A DNA stretch of 64,000 nt from Candidatus Omnitrophota bacterium (lineage in GTDB: Bacteria > Omnitrophota > Omnitrophia > Omnitrophales > Aquincolibacteriaceae): positions 39,430 through 103,429 of the forward strand of contig CAIOAT010000013.1 in the NCBI GenBank assembly GCA_903856085.1, written 5' to 3'. Positions 1 to 9,692 of the stretch are shown here, in pieces. The notes beneath the pieces were generated by a model. The model did not search any database. It was not told the origin of the DNA and saw only the letters and a list, made by a program, of their open reading frames with translations. Every line of letters starts with the position of its first letter. Position 1 is the stretch's first letter. The position numbers were made by a program, and so were the translations under genes.

Positions 1-90
1 AAGATGCGCGATCGCGGCTCCGTTGATGCCGCCGCCGATCACGAGAAGGTCATAAGTGGTTTTTTTAAACTGCTCTATATTTCTTTGCAT
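1..90 (-). CDS. glpD: FAD-dependent glycerol-3-phosphate dehydrogenase (GlpD/GlpA family), N-terminal 30 codons only; gene continues beyond window start
   Basis: Reverse complement of 1-90 reads ATG then MQRNIEQFKKTTYDLLVIGGGINGAAIAHL. The DLLVIGGGINGAGIA-type Rossmann FAD motif is typical of the GlpD N-terminus. It lies 96 nt downstream of glpK on the same strand. Confidence 0.6.
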   Translation of the reverse strand, partial: MQRNIEQFKKTTYDLLVIGGGINGAAIAHL

Positions 91-186
91 CGCATACCGC
101 CTTCATATTCCATTGACATCGAAACCCGGAACTCGCACCTCAAGCCACACGCATGGACCACGAAAACGCAGTGCGAGGCCCGGCTT

Positions 187-1665
187 TTACAGCAAAGTCC
201 TTCGAACGGCCTTCTGCCATCCTTGATAAAATTTCGAGCGCTCGCCGGGTTTCATCGCCGGCACAAAAATGCGGTCGACTTGGTGCTGCTTCTTGAGATC
301 ATGACTCTTTTTCCAGAGCCCCATCGTGACACCGGCCAAATGCGCCACACCGCGGGCCGTGAGTTCGATCACTTTGGGACGAATGATCTTCGAGCCAAGG
401 ATATCCGCCTGGAACTGCATAAGAAAATTATTCTTGCACGCGCCGCCATCCACTTTCAACTCATGGATCGGACGGCCGAACGCCTTTTGCATAATATCGA
501 AAACGTCGCGGCTCTGATAAGCGATCGCTTCAAGACACGCCCGGATCAAATGAGCGGTGGTGGTCCCACGCGTGATCCCGGCAATCAAACCGCGCGCGTC
601 ACTTTTCCAGTAAGGCGCACCCAAGCCCACAAACGCCGGCACCACATAAACCCCACCTGTATCTTTGAGATTCCTGATCGGTTTTTCAGTTTCTGCGGAA
701 CTCCGGATAACCTTGAGACCGTCACGCAGCCACTGAATGACCGCGCCCCCGATGAAGACGGCACCTTCGAGCGCATAAACGGGCCTGCCTTTGAAATCGC
801 AAGCGAGCGTCGTCAGGAGTCCTTCTTTTGAAACAACGAGTTTCTTGCCCGTGTTCATCATGATGAAACAACCCGTGCCGTAGGTGTTCTTGCTGGTGCC
901 GGCTTCGTAACAACCCTGGCCGTAAAGCGCGGCCTGCTGATCCCCCATCACTCCCGCAATCGGAATGCCGGCCGGAAGTCCTGCGATCTTTCGTGTGGTC
1001 CCAAAAATTGAGCCGGACCGCCGGAGTTCCGGCAGAACCTTGGCGGAAACACCAAAGATCTTAAGAAGCTTCGGATCCCACTTTTTTGTTTGGATATTGA
1101 GAAGCAGGGTGCGCGAGGCATTCGTAAGATCGGTCACGTGCGACCGCCCGCCGGTGAGTTTCCAGATCAACCAACTGTCGATCGTGCCGAACGCGATCTT
1201 TCCCCGGGCTGCCCTTTGGCGAAGACCCGGAACATGATCGAGCAGCCACTGGATCTTGGTGCCAGAAAAATAAGGATCCAGCACAAGCCCCGTTTTCTTA
1301 TGGATCAACGGTTCGTGCTTTTTATGCGCCCGGCAAATATCGGAAGTCCGGCGGCATTGCCAAACGATGGCGTGATGGACAGACCTTGAGGTCTCGCGGT
1401 CCCACATCACCGTGGTTTCCCGCTGGTTGGTAATGCCAAGGGCAAGGATCTCTCCGGGAGCGATCTTGCTTTTGCAAACGGTCTCCCGGATCACAGTCTC
1501 GCAGGAGCGCCAGATCTCCTGGGCGTCGTGTTCCACCCAGCCGGGTTTAGGGAAATACTGTTTAAACTCGCGGTAGGCACTCGCGACGGTTTTCCCGTTC
1601 ACATCAAAAAGAATGGCCCTCGAACCGGTCGTTCCCTGGTCGAGCGCGAGGATGTAACGCTTCAC
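187..1665 (-). CDS. glpK: glycerol kinase (FGGY family)
   Basis: The ORF track gives 187..1794, but homology begins at VKRYILALDQGTTGSRAILFD, which is the classic GlpK N-terminus. The likely start is the GTG at 1665-1663, overlapping the cdaA stop by 4 nt (GTGA). FGGY motifs are present throughout. Confidence 0.9.
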   Translation of the reverse strand: MKRYILALDQGTTGSRAILFDVNGKTVASAYREFKQYFPKPGWVEHDAQEIWRSCETVIRETVCKSKIAPGEILALGITNQRETTVMWDRETSRSVHHAIVWQCRRTSDICRAHKKHEPLIHKKTGLVLDPYFSGTKIQWLLDHVPGLRQRAARGKIAFGTIDSWLIWKLTGGRSHVTDLTNASRTLLLNIQTKKWDPKLLKIFGVSAKVLPELRRSGSIFGTTRKIAGLPAGIPIAGVMGDQQAALYGQGCYEAGTSKNTYGTGCFIMMNTGKKLVVSKEGLLTTLACDFKGRPVYALEGAVFIGGAVIQWLRDGLKVIRSSAETEKPIRNLKDTGGVYVVPAFVGLGAPYWKSDARGLIAGITRGTTTAHLIRACLEAIAYQSRDVFDIMQKAFGRPIHELKVDGGACKNNFLMQFQADILGSKIIRPKVIELTARGVAHLAGVTMGLWKKSHDLKKQHQVDRIFVPAMKPGERSKFYQGWQKAVRRTLL

Positions 1666-2450
1666 GTCAGATCGTCCAGCACTTTGGTGGTGACAATAAA
1701 ACTCGCGTTCTTGAGACGAAGAATGTTCCGTCCTTTCAACACCCACTGCAGCGTCTTCAGGAACTCGGAGCGGTCCGCGATCTGGACGAGACAACCCCGA
1801 TAGGCAACGCTGATCTGGCCGCGTTCTTCGGAAACCACGAGCGCGATGGCATCGGTTTTTTCCGTGATCCCGATCGCCGCCCGGTGCCGCGTGCCGAAAC
1901 TCGGTGAAAGATCGGAAAGCGACGCAAGAGGCAGAATGCCCTTCACGGTCTGCATACGCCCTTTGTGCACAATAAGCGCGCCGTCATGCACGGGAGATGA
2001 GGTCAGAAACAACGGAACGAGAATTTCAGATTTGATCTCTGCGTCAAACGGCATGCCGCCTTTCATGAACGGACGAAGAGGCTGTTTGCGCTGGAGAATA
2101 ATAAGTGCGCCGACTTTACGGGATGCCATGCGCTCCATAGCCGACCAGATCTCCAAAAGATACTGCGGGAGCTGCGGTGTCTTCCAGAAGATATTCCCAA
2201 ACCGCTCGACGGTCCAAAGAACCGCCGCAACCAGCATATCGACACACAGCACCCCCCCCGCAATCACGAGGAACACGATCCCGGCACGATACACGAATAA
2301 AACGTCCACGGCAGGCACGGCGAAAAAAAGTGCGGTCCAAAGGCAGAAGCCCCCCGCCAGATACTTAAGCGATGACCTAAGCCAGACAAGTTTGACCGGA
2401 TAAAAAAAATATCCAAGGGCGATCACGACGGCAGTCAGGGTGACAAACAT
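1662..2450 (-). CDS. cdaA: diadenylate cyclase CdaA (c-di-AMP synthase, DisA_N/DAC domain) with N-terminal transmembrane helices
   Basis: Three N-terminal transmembrane helices precede a DAC domain (GALIILQRK, HDGALIV, GTRHRAAIGITE, ALVVSEERGQISVA). Its stop overlaps the glpK start. Confidence 0.85.
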   Translation of the reverse strand: MFVTLTAVVIALGYFFYPVKLVWLRSSLKYLAGGFCLWTALFFAVPAVDVLFVYRAGIVFLVIAGGVLCVDMLVAAVLWTVERFGNIFWKTPQLPQYLLEIWSAMERMASRKVGALIILQRKQPLRPFMKGGMPFDAEIKSEILVPLFLTSSPVHDGALIVHKGRMQTVKGILPLASLSDLSPSFGTRHRAAIGITEKTDAIALVVSEERGQISVAYRGCLVQIADRSEFLKTLQWVLKGRNILRLKNASFIVTTKVLDDLT

Positions 2451-2525
2451 GGACGTTCCTCCAGGAATGTTCGTTCTCTCTAATATTACGGCAGAACGCG
2501 CCGCAAGATTGACCGTAACTTCGGG

Positions 2526-3443
2526 CTAGGCCGTCTTACGGACGATCAGTTTTGGAAGATACCGTTTTGAAACAGGCTGGTGAGCCGGACCTTCGATCTG
2601 CCGGATCAAAATATTCACCGCGTCCTTCCCCATTTGAGCAAGAGGCTGGCGAACGGTGGTCAGCGGAGGTGAGAAACTTTTCGCGTGTTCATTGTCGTCG
2701 AAACCGATCACGGCCATGCTTTTTCCGGATTCCTTCAGCGCCCGGAGCACACCGAACGCGAGATCATCATTCCCGCAAACGATCGCCTCCGGCAGATTCT
2801 TTTCCCTGAGCCATTTTTTCATCACTCGATACCCTTCGGCCTCGCTGTTCGCTTTTCCGGCCCGAATCCATTTTTGATGGAACGGAATGCGCTTTGCCTT
2901 CAAAGCTTTTACGAATCCCTCTTCTTTGAGACGGGTATCGATAAACGGAACAAGGACTTTTTTCTTTCCGACCGTAAACGAAACAGACATCGGCCCGTGC
3001 AACATCCCAATCTTGCGGCACCCTTTTTTCACAAGATGCGCCACAGCTTGGGCCATTCCCGAAGCAGTGTCCGTGGAAACGTTATTCACCCGAAGCCCGG
3101 AGACAGGATCATTGACGACCAGCACCCGAGAGTGTGCCGTTGTTTCAATCAGTCCGGCGACCGAAGGATGGATCCATCGCCAGGTCAGAATGAGAAGTCC
3201 ATCCAGCCCGTTCTTCGCGAAAATCTCCTCCAGGCTTTTGTACGGTTTGGCGGGCATCATAATGATCTTGATGCGGCCCCCTGCTGCCTTGATCCGCGGA
3301 AGGATCCCTGACAAAAGACCTAAGTGATAATTGGAATGGAAAATATCCTTAGCGGGAGTGGTGAGAATACCGAAAGTGTAAGAACCTTTTTTCAAAGGAA
3401 GATCTGAGGACCGCGGGAACGCATCAGGCCCGGCCGCTCTCAC
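2526..3443 (-). CDS. LacI/GalR-type ligand-binding-domain protein (Peripla_BP_3 fold) lacking the N-terminal HTH
   Basis: IVCGNDDLAFGVLRAL, AVIGFDDNEHAKSFSPPLTTVRQP and GMLHGP are typical of LacI-family effector domains. There is no HTH at the N-terminus and no room upstream for one, because the next ORF abuts. The start is a GTG. Confidence 0.6.
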   Translation of the reverse strand: MRAAGPDAFPRSSDLPLKKGSYTFGILTTPAKDIFHSNYHLGLLSGILPRIKAAGGRIKIIMMPAKPYKSLEEIFAKNGLDGLLILTWRWIHPSVAGLIETTAHSRVLVVNDPVSGLRVNNVSTDTASGMAQAVAHLVKKGCRKIGMLHGPMSVSFTVGKKKVLVPFIDTRLKEEGFVKALKAKRIPFHQKWIRAGKANSEAEGYRVMKKWLREKNLPEAIVCGNDDLAFGVLRALKESGKSMAVIGFDDNEHAKSFSPPLTTVRQPLAQMGKDAVNILIRQIEGPAHQPVSKRYLPKLIVRKTA

Positions 3444-3757
3444 GCACCGGCCTCGGCGACCTCTACGGAAAGGGCTTTCCAGGCATCGGTCGGCTCATCG
3501 TATTGGGCTTCGATCGTGACATCATCGTTCTCGTGGATATCCTTGAGAGAAGTGACGCCCGAAAAGATAGTAGCCTGATCGACCAGGATCTCTTTTTTCT
3601 CTTCGATGTCCGTGATCGGATCGATCTCACTGATCGTGATCGTCTTGGCCTTGGAGTCGATCTTCTGGACCTCGCCGTCAAACCATTCTGCGCGAAGCAT
3701 CACCCCCAACGGGAGCATCAGAACCAAAAGAAGGGCAATGACCTTGGAAGCTTTCAT
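3440..3757 (-). CDS. small secreted protein, hypothetical (signal peptide MKASKVIALLLVLMLPLGVML)
   Basis: The ORF is 3440..3826; the internal ATG at 3757 begins a canonical signal peptide. No recognizable family. Confidence 0.4.
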   Translation of the reverse strand: MKASKVIALLLVLMLPLGVMLRAEWFDGEVQKIDSKAKTITISEIDPITDIEEKKEILVDQATIFSGVTSLKDIHENDDVTIEAQYDEPTDAWKALSVEVAEAGA

Positions 3758-3865
3758 GGTTTCTTTCTTGCGCTGCGTTGCTGTTGATCTTGAGGGCTCG
3801 CAGCTCTTGAAAATTTCTCGGTTCAAAAAAGTAAAACGCCTGAGATAGAATACTCCAAGAAGGCG

Positions 3866-5632
3866 CTAACCGACAATCAATAAATGGCAATCTTTGCGGA
3901 GGTTATGGGCGAGTGTACGCAGCACGTCGCCGCGTAAAAGATTGATGAGCGCGCTGCGTTTCGTAGAACCAATCGCCACGGCCTTAACATCAAGGTCTTG
4001 GGCAGCGCGTGCGATCAACCGGCCGGGGTTATCCCCCACCATCCAGATCGGGACCGCCGTGATGCCGCGTTTTTCCATCTCTTCCTGGGCCTGCGCGAGC
4101 ACCTCCACGGATTCCCGTGACGGCTCCATTTCAGTCGGAAGCTCGGGCGATGGAGGCGTTTCTTCCACATAACTCAGATAAACCGAATTCTCGCCCATCG
4201 CCTTCACGTGAAGGGCGGCCTCTTCGAGTAGTACCAGATTAAACGATTTCAAAGCGACAAGAGCGGAACTTTTATAAAGCCCCGTAAGTTCCTTCGCCTC
4301 CGCCACGGTAAGCACGTTCACGGTCGAGGCCAGTTCCGGCATCGTGACCGGTGCGATCATCTTGGCCGCATAACGCAACGCCAAACCGGCCCCCACAATA
4401 GTAAGAACAAAGAAAAGCGCGTTCTGCTTCTGAATCGCGATCGTCACTTCGATAAAAAGCGTGATGATCCCGCCCGCGGCCAAAAGAACGCGCTCCCAAA
4501 GTTTCAATCGAAGTCCAAAGTTCGTCGCGCAAGTCGAAAGGTTGAGTGCAATCGCCCCCACGACACCAATCGCATAAAGAGCCGCCAGATGAACAATGTC
4601 CTTCTCAACAACAAGCACAAAGACCGGAACCAAAGTCGCGATGATCAGCGCAAGCCATGGCATCCCAAAGCGATTAAGCTTCGAAAAGATAGGCGGCAGT
4701 TCACGATCCTTGGCCATCACAAACTGGATACTTACCAAATCGGAGATAGCCGTGTTTCCCGCCGACAAAAGAAGAAAGCCGAACGCAATTGAAATGATCT
4801 GCCCAAACCAAGGGCCAATGTAATAAATGCCCAGGGCACGCAACATATCCTCCGTATGCCCCGTAAGGCCGGGGATGGCGTTCATCGCGATCCCCAGAAG
4901 GAATGTCAGGAGCGAAACTTCGATCAGTACCGGCATGATCGCACGCCGAGAGGTTTTCGCGACCGGTTCCACCATCACGCCAGTCATATTCGCAATGGCC
5001 TCCACGCCCGAAAGCGCAAGCACAATCCCGACAAAGACTGGCCAGTTCTTGATGAATCCGCCCACCGGCATTGTAAGATGAACATGCGAAAGACTCGGCA
5101 CGGTAAAAGCAAAAAGAATTAAAGCGGTAAGAGAGGCAAACACAGCAATCACCGCCGCAACCGTGCCGCCCTTCGAAGGCCCGACCCAGTTGATGGCGCC
5201 AATCGCAAGGATCGCGCCAATGGCCCAGAGTTCGGGATACGGCACATTAAAATAATGAAAAGCATCCAGCACACTCAGGGACACAGTCACCACGTAATCC
5301 GCTACCAGGAGAAGTGCGCCAATCACGGCGAGGGTCTGTGAGCGGTGTTTGACCGAGGAATAAACGCCACCGCCGTCGGGATAAATGCGGCAGATGATCG
5401 TATAACAAATACCGACCAGGACCATGAAAAGCGACATGAGTCCGAGGAAGAACCAGGAGGCGTGACCGGCAAGGGCGAAAGCAATACCAAGAACATAGGC
5501 CTTGCTCGTGCCCCAGTCGCCATAGAGCATGGCGCCGGCATGATACCATTTAAGTTCGCGAGGTCTTTCGACCCGTTTGATCATGAGAGCCATAGGAAGT
5601 GCGTAATATAGCAGAAGGGACCAGACAATCAA
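3866..5632 (-). CDS. APC-superfamily amino acid/cation permease with C-terminal universal stress protein (UspA) domain
   Basis: About 12 transmembrane helices with an APC-like layout are followed by a roughly 140 aa cytoplasmic tail. The tail has Usp-like motifs (VAIGSTKRSALINLLRGDV, HLLIVG). Confidence 0.8.
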   Translation of the reverse strand: MIVWSLLLYYALPMALMIKRVERPRELKWYHAGAMLYGDWGTSKAYVLGIAFALAGHASWFFLGLMSLFMVLVGICYTIICRIYPDGGGVYSSVKHRSQTLAVIGALLLVADYVVTVSLSVLDAFHYFNVPYPELWAIGAILAIGAINWVGPSKGGTVAAVIAVFASLTALILFAFTVPSLSHVHLTMPVGGFIKNWPVFVGIVLALSGVEAIANMTGVMVEPVAKTSRRAIMPVLIEVSLLTFLLGIAMNAIPGLTGHTEDMLRALGIYYIGPWFGQIISIAFGFLLLSAGNTAISDLVSIQFVMAKDRELPPIFSKLNRFGMPWLALIIATLVPVFVLVVEKDIVHLAALYAIGVVGAIALNLSTCATNFGLRLKLWERVLLAAGGIITLFIEVTIAIQKQNALFFVLTIVGAGLALRYAAKMIAPVTMPELASTVNVLTVAEAKELTGLYKSSALVALKSFNLVLLEEAALHVKAMGENSVYLSYVEETPPSPELPTEMEPSRESVEVLAQAQEEMEKRGITAVPIWMVGDNPGRLIARAAQDLDVKAVAIGSTKRSALINLLRGDVLRTLAHNLRKDCHLLIVG

Positions 5633-5877
5633 TTTAACTTTTATCGAAGAATGGGGCCTGTCTCCCTTTCTATAATAGATCTCCTTTCCCGTGAGTGTTA
5701 AAATTGGGCTGGCATTTTCCAGGCATTACGCCTATTATACGAGTCCATTCAGCAAGATCCTTCAAGAACTCTATTCAACTTCAACAATGTAAAGATAGTT
5801 ATTAGCTTGAGCTCTGCGTTTCTTGGTTATTCCACAGAAGATTTGCAGACTTGAGTTATTAATTCGACTGGAGACAT

Positions 5878-8357
5878 ATGAAAAAATTTTTTACTCGAGT
5901 TTCTCTTCTAGGCACGCTCTGCCTCGGTCAAGGCGTCGCATGGGCCAGTGAAGCGGATCTGAAGATCCCGGACCTCCATGAGGGACACTTCACCATGTTC
6001 GGCGGTCTTTCGGGTTTCCAGATCCTCCTCTACGGAGCCATGGTGATCCTCGGGACGGTCGGTTTATCCCTTTACCAGTTCTATAATGTGAAGGCTCTTC
6101 CCGCCCACAAGTCGATGCTTGACGTCTCGGAAACTATTTTCCAAACCTGCAAGACCTACCTCAAGCAGCAGGTAAAATTCCTTACGATCCTGTTCGCGAT
6201 CATTGCATGCGCGATGAGTTATTACTTCCTGGGACTCAAGCACGAGCCTCTCGCAACCTTGGGATTGGTCCTCTTTTTCTCGGTGGTCGGCATGGCGGGG
6301 TCTACCCTGGTAGCATATTATGGGATCCGCGTTAACACCTATGCTAACTCAAGAACCGCATTCGCCTCCCTGCGTGGAAAGCCTTGGGATGTGGTCAATA
6401 TCCCCATGCGCTCCGGCATGTCCGTCGGCCTTTTCCTGATCTCCGTCGAGCTGGTGATGATGGTGATCATCCTGCTCTTCGTGCCACGCGACATCGTCGG
6501 GTACTGCTTTTTGGGGTTTGCCATCGGAGAATCGCTAGCGGCGAGCGCTCTGAGGATCGCGGGCGGCATTTTCACCAAGATCGCCGACATCGGCTCGGAC
6601 CTCATGAAGATCGTCTTCAAGGTGAAAGAAGATGACCCGCGCAATCCCGGCGTCATCGCCGACTGCACAGGCGACAACGCTGGCGACTCGGTGGGACCTA
6701 CCGCTGACGGTTTCGAGACCTACGGCGTTACCGGCGTCGCACTTATTTCGTTCATCACCCTCGCGGTAAAAGATCCCTCCCTTCAAGCAAAGCTCATCGT
6801 CTGGATCTTCGCCATGCGTTTTTTGATGGATTTCATGTCAGGAGCTCCTATTTCATCAACAAAGCCATCTCCGAACGCAAGTACAAGGACTTGAAAGAAT
6901 TCGATTTCGAGGAGCCCCTCACGCGCCTGATCCAGATCGCTTCGGCCCTCTGCATCTCCACCTCGTTCGGGATGTCGTACCTGCTGGTCGGTGATCTCCC
7001 GGATCCGACGCTCTGGTGGAAACTCGCCTCGATCATCACTTGCGGAACTTTAGCGGCTTACCTCATTCCAGAATTCACTAAGGTCTTCACTTCCTCCCAC
7101 TCCAAGCATGTTCAAGAGATCGTCACCGCATCACGTGAAGGCGGAGCATCGCTCACGATCCTCTCGGGCCTTGTGGCAGGTTATTTCTCAGCATTCTGGA
7201 AAGGTATTCTCATCGCGGGTCTCATGTTCGCAGCCTACTTGATCTCGGGAACGGGGCTCCAGAACATCATGCCGCACGCCTCGGTCTTCGCGTTTGGTCT
7301 GGTGGCTTATGGCTTTCTCTGCATGGGCCCGGTGAACATTGCGGTGGACTCCTACGGTCCGGTGACGGATAACGCCCAATCGATCTTCGAATTGGCTCAG
7401 ACGGAGTCGATCCCCGGAATCGAGAAGGAGATCGAGAAGGATTTCGGATTCAAGCCTGATTTTAAAATGGGCAAGCACTACCTGGAAGCTAATGACTCGG
7501 CAGGCAACACCTTTAAGGCCACCGCGAAACCGGTACTGATCGGGACGGCCGTCGCCGGCGCAACGACGATGATCTTTTCGATCATCCTGCTTCTCCAGCA
7601 TCACCTCCAGGAGGGCGTAATCGCCGCGGCGGCAGGCGCACTGGTTCCCGCGAATGCCGGAGAGATGCTGTTAAACGCAAAGCTGTCGCTCACGGCTGCG
7701 CCGATCCTCTTGGGAATTCTGTGCGGTGGCGCTGTGATCTTCTGGTTCTGCGGCGCTTCCATTCAAGCCGTGGCCACCGGGGCCTACTCCGCTGTCGAGT
7801 ACATCAAGAAAAACTTGAACCTCGATAAGAAAGAGGCCGATCGCGCGGATTCAATCAAGGTCGTGCAGATCTGTACCGAGTACGCTCAAAAAGGGATGTG
7901 GAATATTTTCATCGGGCTGCTCATGCTCACACTCGCCTTTGCGATGTTCGACCCTTATTTCTTTATCGCCTACCTCATCGCCATCGCCACTTTCGGCCTT
8001 TTCCAGGCTATGTTCATGGCCAACGCGGGCGGCTCGTGGGACAACGCAAAGAAGGTTGTGGAGGTCGATTTGGGAGAGAGGAACACGCCGCTTCATTCCG
8101 CGACCGTCATTGGCGACACCGTGGGAGATCCCTTCAAGGATACCACTTCAGTGTCCCTCAACCCGATCATCAAGTTCTCGACCCTCTTCGGCATGCTTGC
8201 CGTCGAGATCGCGATCAAGATGAACCCGGCAACGACCCGCATCAGCGGAGTAGTCTTCTTCGCTACAGGACTGTTCTTCGTCTGGAGGTCTTTTTACAAG
8301 ATGCGGATTCCGCGGCTGGCGACCCCAGCGGCAACAGACAAAACGTTGGTTTTGTAG
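5878..8357 (+). CDS. hppA: membrane-bound proton-translocating pyrophosphatase (H+-PPase), reading frame broken near 6843-6855 (sequencing error or pseudogene)
   Basis: Two consecutive ORFs, 5878..6894 (frame 1) and 6891..8357 (frame 3), together cover a full-length H+-PPase of about 820 aa. Motifs include GGIFTKIADIGSDL, DCTGDNAGDSVGP, GGASLTILSGL and DTVGDPFKDTTSVSLNPIIK. One extra T in the T-run at 6850-6852 would restore a continuous frame (...SGAPIFINKAISERKYKDLKEFDFEEPLT...). Confidence 0.85.
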
Positions 8358-8374
8358 AAGAAATCAATAAAAAA

Positions 8375-8412
8375 GCGCAGGACGGCGTACCGTCCTGCGC
8401 TTTTTTTATTTT
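8375..8412. terminator. Rho-independent terminator after hppA (stem gcgcaggacgg / ccgtcctgcgc plus T-tract)
   Basis: GCGCAGGACGG-cgta-CCGTCCTGCGC is followed by TTTTTTTATTTT, directly 3' of the hppA stop. It is flanked by an A-run and so could act in both directions. Confidence 0.65.
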
Positions 8413-8506
8413 CTAAACTAAAACAGTCTCGATAAGAGAAACGTCCCTATTCGGCTGCAAAGGATAGCTATTGGTTCTGTAAATCTTATGTGAGGCCTGA
8501 AATCTA

Positions 8507-9427
8507 TTAACTGCCCAGCCCAGAGGCGGGACGAAGCACCGAAATCAGGATACTGATCCCCAAAATTGACGCGACCGCCACGAGCGCCACCCCCACCGGA
8601 ATGTAAAAAAAACCTGAGACCAGCATTTTGACTCCGATGAAAGCCAAAACAACCGAAAGACCGTAATTAAGATAACGAAAAAGCCTCATTAATCCTGCCA
8701 GAGCGAAGAAGATTGAGCGTAATCCCAACACCGCGAAAATATTCGACGTGTAAACCACGAAGGAATCGGTCGTGATTCCCAGAACCGCAGGGATCGAATC
8801 CATTGCGAAAACAATGTCGGTGGTCGCGATCACAAGCAAAACGACCACCAGCGGCGTTGCGTATTTTTTTTCGCCTCGCAGGACAAAAAACTTTTCGTGT
8901 TCGTAGTCTTCGGTAACCGGCATAAATTTCCGAAAAATTTTCACAAGAGGGTTTTTAGCCGGATCAACTTCTTTTTCTTCACCAAACGCCAGTTTGTAGG
9001 CCGTGACGATCAAAAGGGCCCCGAAAATATAAAGAATCCAGTGGAAACGGCTGATCAATGTAACGCCAGCTGCAATAAAAATGATGCGGAAGATAATCGC
9101 ACCCATAATTCCCCAATAAAGCGTCTTGTGTTGATAGTGGCTCGGCACTTTAAAAAAATTGAAGATCAGAAGGAAAACAAAAAGGTTATCCACGCTCAAG
9201 GATTCTTCGAGAAGGTAACCGGCCAAAAACTTCATGGCCATCTCGTGTCCACGAAAAATCAGAATTCCGAGGTTGAAAAGAAATGCCAGACCGATCCAAA
9301 GTCCGCTCCAAATGAGCGCTTCCTTGATTTTGACTTCGTGTGCCTTTCGGTTGAAGACTCCGAGATCAAGAAACATCATCCCGCAAACCAGAATGCCGAA
9401 AACAGTCCAGGCAAAAATATTGTTCAT
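8507..9427 (-). CDS. terC: TerC family integral membrane protein
   Basis: Carries the TerC signature EESLSVDNLFVF and multiple transmembrane helices. The start is likely the ATG at 9427 (MNNIFAWTV...), preceded by GGAG 6 nt upstream; the ORF track extends to 9457. Confidence 0.8.
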   Translation of the reverse strand: MNNIFAWTVFGILVCGMMFLDLGVFNRKAHEVKIKEALIWSGLWIGLAFLFNLGILIFRGHEMAMKFLAGYLLEESLSVDNLFVFLLIFNFFKVPSHYQHKTLYWGIMGAIIFRIIFIAAGVTLISRFHWILYIFGALLIVTAYKLAFGEEKEVDPAKNPLVKIFRKFMPVTEDYEHEKFFVLRGEKKYATPLVVVLLVIATTDIVFAMDSIPAVLGITTDSFVVYTSNIFAVLGLRSIFFALAGLMRLFRYLNYGLSVVLAFIGVKMLVSGFFYIPVGVALVAVASILGISILISVLRPASGLGS

Positions 9428-9482
9428 TAAAAACTCCGATCTGTGCAAGAGGGTCATTGCCCCTCTCTGCCTTTAGCAAAGA

Positions 9483-9504
9483 AGGCCAACCCCGAAGGGT
9501 TGGC
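9483..9504 (-). promoter_or_regulatory. stable hairpin (9-bp stem, CGAA tetraloop) in the terC 5' leader; candidate terminator of the upstream small gene or riboswitch expression platform
   Basis: GGCCAACCC-cgaa-GGGTTGGCC. On the minus strand it is followed by UUCUUUGCU, and it ends 56 nt upstream of the terC start. Confidence 0.35.
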
Positions 9505-9692
9505 CTTCTCCCGTGATTTTATCCTAAATAAAAACAATCTGCAACGCCGACGGGATTAGCTCTTGGTTCGGACCGCAGATTAGCCCGCCTCACCTCCCTT
9601 TAAGAAGCTCGGTTCACCCTTCTATTTTTCCCGTTCCCCTACACTGGGTATTAGGCGATCATGCCCCAGCCCTCTCGGGCAGGAAGCAAGTC

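Noticed and set aside
4-831. 275-aa ORF on the plus strand
   Set aside because: It is entirely antisense to glpK, which has unambiguous homology. It is Arg/His-rich and low-complexity, the typical shadow ORF of a GC-rich gene. The same reasoning rejects 10557-11105, 35921-36877, 43958-44620, 46368-47087 and 52686-53342 (+), and the short antisense ORFs inside hppA, the permease, the RND gene, the radical SAM gene and others.
5633-5877. Divergent promoter region between the permease gene and hppA, searched for a ydaO-type c-di-AMP riboswitch
   Set aside because: The region is AT-rich, with no GC-rich paired elements resembling the ydaO/kimA class. It is more likely plain promoter DNA.
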